Positions 9,302 through 18,632 of a stretch of DNA of 64,000 nucleotides are shown piece by piece. The first letter of the stretch is position 1. Each line of letters opens with the position of its first letter. Made by a program: the position numbers and the translations under genes. The DNA is taken from IMG/VR virus record IMGVR_UViG_3300002307_000027, positions 51,970 through 115,969 of that record; one strand, 5' to 3'. Under the pieces are notes generated by a model. The model was not told the DNA's origin. It did not search any database and saw only the letters and a program-made list of their open reading frames with translations. This DNA is from a virus.

Positions 9302-9889
9302 ATGCCAAGGATCAAAGCCTATAGAGGCAACGGTGCTATCATCCCTGTCGATGAGGCCAAGATCCGGACTGCCTTCCGCTGCCCATGGACTAAGAAAGTA
9401 TTCGGCAATAAGGGCGATTATGTGAAGCATCTCGCCAAAGTCCGTGAGAATCGGATGAGATCTAGGATCCGACACGAGAGATTTATGTCGTTAAAGCAAG
9501 ACCTACAGGATCAGCAATCCTTTAAAGATATCATCCACTGGCTCGAGATCCATCCAGAGTTCCTATGGCAGCACAATCCGTATAAAGAGTTAAAGATGCC
9601 CGAGGACTTCTGGTTCAAGATCACTTACCTAGATGTTATGTGGTATGAGAGGAATAGGTGGCGTGGTCGCATTGAAATCCAGACTAGCCATTCGTGTAAT
9701 ATCTCCAACATGATTGATGCTGTTGGTCTCCATACAGGATCTGGTGGTGCGAGTAAGAACTGTTATGGGTATGAGGTTACTCTGTATGAAGCCGAATGGC
9801 CCGGGCTAGAGAAGATGAGATCTTGGATGATCTTACAGGACAAGACTCCTTGGGCATTTACCGAGGGCAGGAGTTCTAGGTATCATTGA
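9302..9889 (+). CDS. Hypothetical protein
   Basis: 195-aa ORF, GAGG RBS. Confidence 0.75.
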   Translation: MPRIKAYRGNGAIIPVDEAKIRTAFRCPWTKKVFGNKGDYVKHLAKVRENRMRSRIRHERFMSLKQDLQDQQSFKDIIHWLEIHPEFLWQHNPYKELKMPEDFWFKITYLDVMWYERNRWRGRIEIQTSHSCNISNMIDAVGLHTGSGGASKNCYGYEVTLYEAEWPGLEKMRSWMILQDKTPWAFTEGRSSRYH

Positions 9890-9957
9890 GCGCATTTGAC
9901 AAGCCACTGTAATGTGCTATTATACATTATAGACACTAACACACAACGGAGCACAAG

Positions 9958-10302
9958 ATGATGAAAGTTTGGGATTTCCTCGATAGCATCGATGATCGTA
10001 TTACCTCTTATGTAGCCAAAATGGAAGAGGTACAGCCCGAGGATATTGGTCTGGACCGCCGTAGTGCTTACCGCTTGTATGTGGATAAGGATCGTACCTG
10101 TATCGCAGTGGGCGAGATCTATGATCGCACACTCCAATATTACGGTGGGTTTGAGTATGTGGACAGAGAGTATCGCCGTGTGGTAGGCAACTGGGTGTTC
10201 TACTTTGCTGATAGCGAGCGGGTGCAGGGTCATTTGGATCACCTCAATGAGCTTCCTGAGCCCGAGGTAGCTGACGACAATGCTCTTGCTGAGGATTTTT
10301 GA
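9958..10302 (+). CDS. Conserved phage hypothetical protein (LQYYGGFEYV)
   Basis: Promoter 9896 plus GGAG. Confidence 0.8.
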   Translation: MMKVWDFLDSIDDRITSYVAKMEEVQPEDIGLDRRSAYRLYVDKDRTCIAVGEIYDRTLQYYGGFEYVDREYRRVVGNWVFYFADSERVQGHLDHLNELPEPEVADDNALAEDF

Positions 10303-10357
10303 TATGACGGGTTTTGCGAGCAAGCGTCTCATGGTCCAAGATAAAATGGAGAGTGGT

Positions 10358-10564
10358 ATGTCTACCGATTCACGCAAGCAGCTTTTGGAACAGCTGGAAG
10401 AGCTACTAGGCCAGGCGCTCGAGCTTCTGGAAACCAGCGAGGATCTGCCCGATGAAGCTGACACTATTTGGAGCTCAATCAATGACGCTTGGCAAACCAT
10501 TGATGAAGAACTCTTTGACATAGAAACCCAAAAAACCACAACGATTGAACGTGCAACCCATTGA
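10358..10564 (+). CDS. Hypothetical acidic helical protein
   Basis: GGAG RBS; stop inside the -35 box at 10561. Confidence 0.7.
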   Translation: MSTDSRKQLLEQLEELLGQALELLETSEDLPDEADTIWSSINDAWQTIDEELFDIETQKTTTIERATH

Positions 10565-10619
10565 CAAACCGTGTGACTGTGCTATTATAAACAGTAAGCA
10601 CAAAACAGAGGAGAGCGCA

Positions 10620-10748
10620 ATGCAAAAACAACGTAGTCCATATGCTAAAGCATTAGCGGATCCACTGTTCCGCAAGCGCATAGTCGCGGCCCGTAAGGGC
10701 AAAGGTTCATATACTCGTAAGCAGAAAGGCAACAAATGTCAGGACTAA
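10620..10748 (+). CDS. arfA: Alternative ribosome-rescue factor A (ArfA)-like protein, 42 aa
   Basis: ALADPLFRKRIVAARKGKGSYTRK versus E. coli ArfA [25 protein letters not shown]; own promoter and GAGGAG RBS. Confidence 0.8.
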   Translation: MQKQRSPYAKALADPLFRKRIVAARKGKGSYTRKQKGNKCQD

Positions 10749-11755
10749 TTTTCTTCAAAGAAGGCACTTATAATCTGCAGGGCAAGCCTGCGAGCGTAGC
10801 CAATATGATTTTTCCTCTCGTCGAGGACTTCCGTGCAGACAGCGAGGGCGGCGGTTATGTTACCGTTGATGCTCGCAGTGTCAAACGGTTTCCGGACCGT
10901 AACATACGCATCCGCGTAGCTGGCAAGGACAGCTTCATTCCACACAAGGGTACCGTTGAGCAGCATCTCGCAGAAGCTACTAAGAATGAAACGGATCTAG
11001 AGATTAAGGAGCGTCTGCGTAAGCGGTTCAGCATCCTTAGCGATATGACCCGTGCAGCGAAGAGTGGCGATGTCCGAGCTGTTATCGTTAGCGGTCCTCC
11101 AGGTGTTGGCAAGAGCTACGGTGTTGAGCAAGAGCTTGCCAAAGGTGATCTGTTTAACACTATCGCTAACAAGAAGCCCAAGTATGAAGTTGTCAAAGGT
11201 GCGATGAGCGCATTGGGCTTGTATATCAAGCTGCACGAGTTTAAGGACAAGGGCAATGTCATCGTATTTGATGATTGTGATAGCGTTCTGTTTGATGATC
11301 TTAGCCTTAATATTCTAAAGGCTGCGTTGGACACTAGCAAGCGCCGCACTATCAGTTGGAACACTGACAGCCGCATCCTGCGCGAAGAGAACATCCCCAA
11401 CCGCTTTGACTTTGAAGCTAGTGCTATGTTCATCTCGAACATTAAGTTCGACAATGTCAAGAGCAAGAAGCTCAAGGATCATTTGGATGCGCTTGAGTCA
11501 CGCTGTCACTATGTGGATCTCACTATTAACAGTGAGCGTGATAAAATGCTGCGTATCCGACAGATTGTTGAGGACGGTATGCTGCGTGATTACGGACTTG
11601 AATATGAGGCTGTTGAAGAGATCCTCAACTTCATCGATGCCAACAAGAAGCGGCTGCGTGAACTCAGTCTCCGTACTGTGCTGAAGCTTGCGGATCTACG
11701 CAAGAGCTTTGGTGAACGCTATGAAGATTATGCGGCAGTGACACTGTTGAAATAA
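10736..11755 (+). CDS. AAA+/P-loop ATPase
   Basis: Walker A GPPGVGKS, Walker B IVFDD, ALESR arginine finger. Confidence 0.9.
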   Translation: MSGLIFFKEGTYNLQGKPASVANMIFPLVEDFRADSEGGGYVTVDARSVKRFPDRNIRIRVAGKDSFIPHKGTVEQHLAEATKNETDLEIKERLRKRFSILSDMTRAAKSGDVRAVIVSGPPGVGKSYGVEQELAKGDLFNTIANKKPKYEVVKGAMSALGLYIKLHEFKDKGNVIVFDDCDSVLFDDLSLNILKAALDTSKRRTISWNTDSRILREENIPNRFDFEASAMFISNIKFDNVKSKKLKDHLDALESRCHYVDLTINSERDKMLRIRQIVEDGMLRDYGLEYEAVEEILNFIDANKKRLRELSLRTVLKLADLRKSFGERYEDYAAVTLLK

Positions 11756-11768
11756 CTATATAGTCGGT

Positions 11769-11810
11769 GGTCTTTGTGCTATGTGCTGCGTATGCTGTAG
11801 CACAAGGACC
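11769..11810 (+). terminator. Hairpin after the ATPase (terminator or processing site)
   Basis: GGTCTTTGTGCTA...TAGCACAAGGACC inverted repeat; no U tract. Confidence 0.45.
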
Positions 11811-11892
11811 CAGCTGTAGCCGCGTTTATAGCGGTTCTAGACGGTGTTTATAATGGGCTAAACGTGCTGTAAATAGCACTATGGAGGACTAA

Positions 11893-12108
11893 ATGGCTAG
11901 AGATGTTGATCGTGAATTGAGTGCGAAGTTAACCGGTGCTGCTGTAGCAGAATGGTTAGCCAAAGGCAATGTTATTACCAAGATTGAAGAAGGTCGCAAG
12001 ACGGACCCTGCAGAGCTTAAGAACCAATGGGGTCGCCCCAGGGCCAAGAAACCTGTGGTAGAGCAGCCCGTTGACAAACCTAAAAAAGCTGCTAAAATTA
12101 AAAAGTAA
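11893..12108 (+). CDS. Hypothetical basic protein
   Basis: GGAGG RBS. Confidence 0.7.
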   Translation: MARDVDRELSAKLTGAAVAEWLAKGNVITKIEEGRKTDPAELKNQWGRPRAKKPVVEQPVDKPKKAAKIKK

Positions 12109-12134
12109 GCTAAACACTAACAGAGAGAACAGAA

Positions 12135-12743
12135 ATGCCAAATTGGTGCAATAACTCAGTTACATTCACACACGAAGATCCCACACAGATCGAACGTGTC
12201 GTTAAGGCATACAACGAAGAGCGATTGTTCGCTGAGTTTGTCACTTGTCCGCCCGAGCTGTGTGAAGAGACAGCTGGCGGTGAAGACTTCGTAAAGCGTG
12301 ATGAAGAGCGACAGGCTGCTAACCGTGAGAAGTATGGCTTTGGCAGCTGGTACGATTGGAACCTAGCGCATTGGGGTACCAAGTGGGACGCTAATCCTAT
12401 TGATACATTCAATGATCTCCCTAGTGGTGCTACTAGCGTTTGCCTGAGCTTTGATACTGCTTGGAGCCCTCCGATTGAGTTCTATCAGAATATTGAGGAG
12501 CAGGGCTTTGGAATTGAAGCATTCTACTACGAGCCCGGTATGGCGTTCTGTGGTGTCTATGAGGACGGTGGGGACGATCAGTTCGATATCGAAGGCGATA
12601 GCGATTGGGTAGAGAAGCATATCCCACGGCGCATTGATGAGGCTTTTGGTATTGCCGAGAGCATGGAGATGTGGGAAGAAGCTGCTGCTGAGGAAATCCT
12701 CGCACCCTTTATCAAAGAAAACTCAGATATGGAGACTGAATAA
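12135..12743 (+). CDS. DUF1281/YubB ferredoxin-like family protein
   Basis: MPNWCNN...WGTKWDA...FDTAWSPP...YYEPGMAFCG signature. Confidence 0.8.
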   Translation: MPNWCNNSVTFTHEDPTQIERVVKAYNEERLFAEFVTCPPELCEETAGGEDFVKRDEERQAANREKYGFGSWYDWNLAHWGTKWDANPIDTFNDLPSGATSVCLSFDTAWSPPIEFYQNIEEQGFGIEAFYYEPGMAFCGVYEDGGDDQFDIEGDSDWVEKHIPRRIDEAFGIAESMEMWEEAAAEEILAPFIKENSDMETE

Positions 12744-12887
12744 TGTATATGGTACTCTGCGCCCAGGATGTTGCTAACTTCGCTACACTGAATGAAGCTC
12801 GGGCCTATGCTGAAAAGATCAGCTGGATTGAAAACTTGGCTAGTGAGATCCGCTGCCCAGACGGCAAGCGCATCACAGTCAACGTGA

Positions 12888-13571
12888 ATGAACGTGCCTA
12901 AGAAGCTTGCTATCGCTCTGGGGCTGTTGTGTCTAAGCACTTCAGCCCTAGAGTACCAGAAGACTATCCCCACGATGGTCTCTAGCCTAGTGATAGCAGC
13001 TCCCCCAAAAAACCTGCGTCTAGCCAGAGAGCCCGAGCTTTCGATAGCTATAGACTATTTCGCAGAGCCCACTGTGCCTCCTGTCAGCTTCTTACCTAGG
13101 CCCGCACCAATGGTCCTACCACAGCTTAAAACGGCTGTGACCAAGCCCGTCACGCTCTATGATCGGGTTAGTAGAGCAGCGAAAGCCGCAGGTGTACCTA
13201 CCTTCTTAGCCCACGATATCATTAAACACGAGAGCCGTTATGACACTAAAGCGTTCAACGATGGTGCTTATGGGCTAGGGCAGATCAAATGCGGCACTGC
13301 CCGCGGTGTTGGCTTTAAGGGCAAATGCCGAGAGCTGTTCGATCCAGATATCAATCTAGAATATAGTATGCGATATCTGCGAAAGGCTATGGACAAGGCG
13401 AATGGTGATTTTTGCCACGCTGCCACGCTGTATAACAGAGGCTTTAACACCAAAGCCAAGCATAGCAACTACTGTAAAGCCCTCATAGAAACTATGGGGG
13501 TTTTACCTATCAGTCCTACGCTAGAAAAACAGTTGACAGATGACCTAAAACCTGCTAGAGTCAAGCGATGA
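12888..13571 (+). CDS. Secreted lytic transglycosylase (SLT domain)
   Basis: Signal peptide; HES-RY, GAYGLGQI, DPDINLEYSMRYL and YNRG motifs. Confidence 0.85.
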   Translation: MNVPKKLAIALGLLCLSTSALEYQKTIPTMVSSLVIAAPPKNLRLAREPELSIAIDYFAEPTVPPVSFLPRPAPMVLPQLKTAVTKPVTLYDRVSRAAKAAGVPTFLAHDIIKHESRYDTKAFNDGAYGLGQIKCGTARGVGFKGKCRELFDPDINLEYSMRYLRKAMDKANGDFCHAATLYNRGFNTKAKHSNYCKALIETMGVLPISPTLEKQLTDDLKPARVKR

Positions 13572-16005
13572 TATACACTAAGACCAAAATCATAGAAATG
13601 TATGAGATGGAGTCGTGGTTCATCAAACGTGGTTGGGCTGTGAAAGCCGTTCCCCTGTACACCTATCTAGACAATTTGACACTGGCCCAATGGTCTCTGA
13701 CTCCCAGGCAGGAACTGATATTCCGATTGATGTTCAGCCAAGCGATAGACGACGAGGTGCAGCACAATATCAAAAAGGCCGAGGGTGATCTAATAGCCAT
13801 CCAATTGATAAATTCGCATGGTGGATAAGTGGATGAGCACTAGTCTAGAAAAAGAAAACCTAATAAGGATACTACGCAACGAACGACCCCTGCAGAACTG
13901 GTTCTGTAGACTGGGCTTACATCGTTGGACCCGTTGGGTATATGAACCACGCTCACTAAATGCTGTGACCTTTGATTTAGAAGGTCGAGGAGTCCAATAC
14001 TGCGAATGTGCTCACTGTGGATTCACTCGCATGGAACAGCCCTATTCTAAAACACTATACAAGAAGAAGCGAGACAGTCAATGAAACTATGGAAATATGT
14101 TAAACACTCGGACCTAAGCATCAAGTTCTTCCTGAATCCATTCCATTGGTTCGTCAATCCCTGGGACTGGGACTGCACTACTGAAAGCGAAATGGATCCT
14201 GGACTCATACTATATGCTACCATCAGGTTCCTCTTTGTGCGTATCCACTTACACATAGATGATGGATCATGGTAGACAGACAGCCCACACTAGAGACTCT
14301 AATGGAGAGCCGTGTGGCTTATGAATGGCCCTACTCAGTGCCAGTTGGTCAACACGATGTCAAGAGCATAAGCCATTGGTGTGAAGCCAACTGCCAATTC
14401 CAATGGCGCAGAGACCCCTGGGAACAAACGTGGCTGTTCCAAGACGAGAAAGACGCGATGCTGTTCACACTCAAATGGGGCTATCGTGACCATAGATGAT
14501 CTCATCAAACAGGCAGAACAGTGGCTCGAGTACCACAGAGCCCACAACAACAGGATAGAAGCTGCTGCCACAGCCATACGCATCAGAGCACTGAGAGACT
14601 GCAAGGAGTTAACCAATGGAAGACATTAGATACACCGCCCTAACCCTACTGATAATATGCCTAGCGTTCTCCAGCTGTTCGATCAGCAGTGGCATAGACA
14701 AGCACGGACTGTGCGTGAGCCAATGTGTCACGACCTACAACCGCTAGAGTCCAAGAGAGTCACGTAGTGACTAGAGGTTTTTTAGAGATTTTTCCACCCT
14801 AGATAAGTAAAGTATGCGATGCGAAATAGGCGAAACGATAAAGCGAACAGTCGTGCTAGTGATGGCTTATCTAATGATCATATTAGTAGCAGGGCTCAAA
14901 TGTCTGTGATAGAAAGCCTAGACCGTGTGCTACTGGACATATGGGCAGTGATCGTTGCACTAGTGGCTGTGGCACTGTTATCAGCGTATCTAGCAGTGGT
15001 AGTGATGTTCTTCGCATATCTAATAGTCAAGAGAGCCATCCTAAGAGAACGTGTGACATTCAGGGTCTTAAAATGAAACAGCTATTGGCTTACTGTTGGA
15101 TAGTGTTAAGCATGGTGCTAATGATGCTAGTGAGCGTGAGTAGCCGAGTGCAGAGGATCATACACTAATGAGTAGCAGCCTAGCTTACCTACGACACTTA
15201 TATGCCATACTGGGCTTCGATGAGCTTAGGCAAGCGATAGATGATTATGAACGCTTGCTGCTAAAGGATATACCTGTACCCGATGTAGACTACCATCTAA
15301 GAGAATATGACAGAGGAGACGACGATGCCCAACACCCTACTAGCGATGATCTACCCCACAGTAATGATACAGAGCATATGGCTAATGAACCTAGCCCTAG
15401 TGACCCCGCTGTTGATAAGGACTAGAGATGACTCGCACGCCCACAACTAGACCACTAGCCGACAAGACGGCACCAGCCATACCCGAAGACACTTGCCCCT
15501 ACATAGATATGGTGCTAGAGACTGTAGAGAGGATAAGTGACTGTAGAGATGATCACTGGCGAGCACGACAGGTAGAGCTAGTAGAACACCTAATGGAACA
15601 CATACGAGCAGCCAATCTACAGTTGAGGAACAGCTCAAAGTATTGGCACGATAAGGCTAAACGAAATGCTTAATGAAGAGCAGCCATGCGATATGTGGAT
15701 GAGCCACACCGTGCTTTCAGCTAATCAAAAGGCTATGCTGCGTTCAGTTGGAGTGACAGTGGCTGCTATGGACTCAGTGAAGATCACTATAATGGAAACG
15801 TTCGATGATCGAGGTGAGGCACTGATGCGCTTGGTCACTGGGAATAACGTAGTGACCTTTATGGGACGCAAGAGGATGAGATCAGAATGATCAGAGAATG
15901 GATTGAAGCGTTGGCTATGCAAGTGACACAACTGAGCATATGGATCATCGGCTGCTTCGTAGCGTGGCCCTGCATAAAAGTTTTGATAGCTTGGAGCTTA
16001 GAGTG
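13568..16005 (+). CDS. Run of about 12 small overlapping hypothetical ORFs (e.g. 13568-13828, 13818-14084, 14081-14275, 14269-14499, 15168-15425, 15428-15673, 15666-15890)
   Basis: Head-to-tail overlapping ORFs on the + strand; individual starts are uncertain. Confidence 0.55.
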
Positions 16006-16040
16006 ATTGGTGTTTAGGCATTTGGGACAGGATGGGGAAT

Positions 16041-16071
16041 AATGATATAAACATATCTTTATATCATTTTT
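16041..16071 (+). terminator. AT-rich hairpin, probable (bidirectional) terminator
   Basis: AATGATATAAA-catatc-TTTATATCATT followed by TTT. Confidence 0.55.
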
Positions 16072-16208
16072 GCATAGCCTGTCGTCACCATCACCACTCC
16101 ATCCGCGTCAGCCTTCCTCCACCCTATATCCACCGTCCAAACGGTCCGTTTTCCACTCTCTAGCCCAAAGTCGCCACCTTCTGCCACTGTGGATCAGTTA
16201 TAAATTAC

Positions 16209-16236
16209 ACTATAGCACATCACAATGGCTAGTCAA
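16209..16236 (-). promoter_or_regulatory. Minus-strand copy of the early promoter
   Basis: TTGACT-N16-(tgc)TATAGT, divergent from promoter 16262. Confidence 0.7.
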
Positions 16237-16324
16237 TTGGGTATAGTGGCTAATCTATCCATTGACAACCCACTATAACGTGCTATTATACATTATAAAC
16301 ACTAGCAAACAACGGAGCGTCAAG

Positions 16325-16501
16325 ATGGACAGCCCAGCAAAGCAAGCTATTTTGGAACTGTTGCAGCAAGCGTTTGAGCAGATCAAAACTGTTACTATTG
16401 ATGGACTGACTGCTGAGGACGCGGATGCTGCTGCGGCTTTTGGTGAGATGACTAGCTCAATTGAGCACGCTATGGAAGTCGTTGGTTACTACGCGGACTA
16501 A
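16325..16501 (+). CDS. Hypothetical acidic protein
   Basis: Promoter 16262 plus GGAG. Confidence 0.8.
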   Translation: MDSPAKQAILELLQQAFEQIKTVTIDGLTAEDADAAAAFGEMTSSIEHAMEVVGYYAD

Positions 16502-16511
16502 GGAGCACACT

Positions 16512-16937
16512 ATGCTTAACATTACAAAAGTGACTGATGGCTTTACTGTTACGTTGACTGTTCCGGAAGGTGAACAGTTTATGGAATGTGCTATCGAAAG
16601 CATTGGTATGTTTGTTGCGGCTACAGAGGCGGATTGCCACGGTGATTTGGCTGTAACGTGGAGCACAACAGGACTTGAAAACACGGGTGGCAGTGATATG
16701 GGCTCGCTGCTTATGCGTAATTGGGACGATGCTGTTGGTGCTGTTATGGGTGAGTTTTATTGGAATCAAGGATATAGTGAGCGTTTGCAAGAGCTGCTAA
16801 TGGCTGCGGGCGTTCCGGAGGATGTGGCACTTAGCGTTGGTACTAGTGAGTGGGGTATGCAGGATGAAGGACGGGCAAGCTATGATGCGTTTGAGTTTGC
16901 GGATTGGATCCGAGAACGGGTAGCTGCGATGGCATAA
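16512..16937 (+). CDS. Hypothetical protein (SEWGMQ motif)
   Basis: AAGGAG RBS. Confidence 0.8.
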   Translation: MLNITKVTDGFTVTLTVPEGEQFMECAIESIGMFVAATEADCHGDLAVTWSTTGLENTGGSDMGSLLMRNWDDAVGAVMGEFYWNQGYSERLQELLMAAGVPEDVALSVGTSEWGMQDEGRASYDAFEFADWIRERVAAMA

Positions 16938-16989
16938 GACCCCGCTGTGCTTATACATATAAAGACCCCGCTGTGGCTAGGAGAGACCG

Positions 16990-17193
16990 ATGGCTAATAT
17001 GAGCTACTGCCGATTCGAAAACACCTTTAAGGACCTCTATGACTGCTACCAAGCTGCGCTCAATATGACTGAAGAGCGACTGGCTAATCTCAGTGACAGT
17101 GAGCGATCTTATCTCGAGAGTCTCCGTGAACTCTGTGGTCGCTTCCAAGAAGAAACGGAGTGGTTGGCTAAATTAGATAGAGAAACTGCTTGA
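16990..17193 (+). CDS. Conserved phage hypothetical protein (MxNMSYCRFENT)
   Basis: AGGAG RBS; stop inside the -35 box at 17190. Confidence 0.85.
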   Translation: MANMSYCRFENTFKDLYDCYQAALNMTEERLANLSDSERSYLESLRELCGRFQEETEWLAKLDRETA

Positions 17194-17248
17194 CGGTCCA
17201 GCTGTTAGCTGCTATTATACATTATAAGCTAAACAAACGAGGTACACT

Positions 17249-17473
17249 ATGTCAAACGCTGTTAAGATCGTCCGCGCTTTTGCTAATATCAATGGTGCAA
17301 AAACTGTGTTCAATGATCGGTTGGTCGATGGTACACGTAGCGTTAAAGTTTGGGGTTGGAAGCGTGAGGACTATTATGCAGCAATGGCTTTGCTGCACTC
17401 AGCGGGACTGGGTGGACGGGTCATCCGCGTTAACAACGGTTATAGCCGCGACCAGTACCGGTTGTGGGTCTAA
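17249..17473 (+). CDS. Hypothetical protein
   Basis: Promoter 17190 plus GAGG. Confidence 0.8.
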   Translation: MSNAVKIVRAFANINGAKTVFNDRLVDGTRSVKVWGWKREDYYAAMALLHSAGLGGRVIRVNNGYSRDQYRLWV

Positions 17474-17496
17474 ATATACAGGATAAGTAAAGTTAA

Positions 17497-17573
17497 GGAC
17501 TGGTAGCTCAATTGGTTAGAGCGTCGGACTCATAATCCGCAGGTTCACGGTTCAAGTCCGTGCCGGTCCACCA
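17497..17573 (+). tRNA. tRNA with CAT anticodon (Ile2-type or elongator Met)
   Basis: Cloverleaf with GGACTGG/CCGGTCC acceptor, CTCATAA loop, GTTCAAGTC T arm and encoded CCA; C4:G69 favours Ile2. Confidence 0.92.
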
Positions 17574-17584
17574 ACTACTGCTAT

Positions 17585-17667
17585 GCGGGCGTGGTGAAAT
17601 GGTAGACACAAGAGACTTAAAATCTCTCGCCCACGGCGTGCCGGTTCGAGTCCGGCCGCCCGCACCA
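17585..17667 (+). tRNA. tRNA-Leu(TAA)
   Basis: AGAGA-CTTAAAA-TCTCT anticodon arm, long variable arm, GTTCGAG, CCA end. Confidence 0.95.
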
Positions 17668-17778
17668 AAAGCAAGTTGGGCCCCCTGGAAAGGGTGGGTA
17701 ACGAGAATGTTACAAACGGTTGGTGTGGCGCAAATGCCACACCGTTGCTCAAATGCAACACTGCGCTTTCTGTTACGA
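17668..17778 (-). ncRNA. Candidate four-hairpin small RNA
   Basis: Four consecutive stem-loops with 6-nt loops downstream of a minus-strand promoter (-35 at 17806-17811). Confidence 0.5.
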
Positions 17779-17830
17779 TTTCCAGTATAGCATGCCTGCG
17801 TGGATTGTCAAGCGGATTTCAGGGTTTTTT

Positions 17831-17891
17831 TGGTCCGGACTGCCAGATAGGATTCGCCAACACTCCCGGCTCCCCAGTATCCCTGGACCTC
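17831..17891 (-). ncRNA. Candidate ~60-nt structured small RNA
   Basis: GGTCC...GGACC closing stem with internal hairpins, downstream of a minus-strand promoter (-35 at 17920-17925, -10 at 17898-17903). Confidence 0.4.
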
Positions 17892-18158
17892 AATTATAGT
17901 GTAGCACGCCTGTGCGCTGCGTCTACCTTTTGCCCCAAAAAAGAAGCCCAAAGAAAGTCCAAAAAAGATTGCTGAAACGCTAGACGTGCGCTCTAGAGGT
18001 GCTATTATACATTATAACGAGAGCACAGAGCACTAGCACAAAAACACTAAAAGCGCACAAAAAACACTAGCAAAAAAAAGCGCAAAAAAAGTTGACGTGT
18101 AGTGCAGAGGTGTTATTGTTATTATGTAGGCAACGAAACGCAAACAGGAGCTTTGCAC

Positions 18159-18404
18159 ATGGCTAAGAACTTCACTGTAGTTGGTACTTCCGTCCTCAAC
18201 GGCGCTCTCAAGATGCGCTTTGCAACGGATTTGGTAACCCGCATTAAGGTGCTGGGGCGTAACGGACACGACGCGATTAAGCTGGTTGAGTGCCCTGCGA
18301 TGGGCAAGGTTGATGCGGCTAAGTGGGTTGCGACGCAGGCGGGCTTTGAGGACGAGGCTACGCAGGCGGTGATTGCGGACTACATTAAGCGCAACGAGGC
18401 GTGA
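18159..18404 (+). CDS. Early protein, paralogue of 21580-21828
   Basis: Promoter 18092 plus AGGAG; KMRFAxDLVTRxKVL is shared with the paralogue. Confidence 0.85.
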   Translation: MAKNFTVVGTSVLNGALKMRFATDLVTRIKVLGRNGHDAIKLVECPAMGKVDAAKWVATQAGFEDEATQAVIADYIKRNEA

Positions 18405-18476
18405 GGAATTAAACAGGGCAGCGGTTGACGTGCTGCTGCCCTGTGCTACTATAAGGTATAAGGTAAGGAGCAGGCT

Positions 18477-18632
18477 ATGGTTTACATCGTAACAATCACA
18501 CTCGCAGACGGTCGCAGCCTCATCCAGGGCGTATACGGTAGCAAGGCCCGAGCTGATAAGGAAGCCTCCCGCATACAGGCGACGCTGCAGGACATGCTGG
18601 TCTCGGTTACAGAGACGCAGATCATAGACTAG
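18477..18632 (+). CDS. Hypothetical protein (51 aa)
   Basis: Promoter 18425 plus AAGGAG. Confidence 0.75.
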   Translation: MVYIVTITLADGRSLIQGVYGSKARADKEASRIQATLQDMLVSVTETQIID

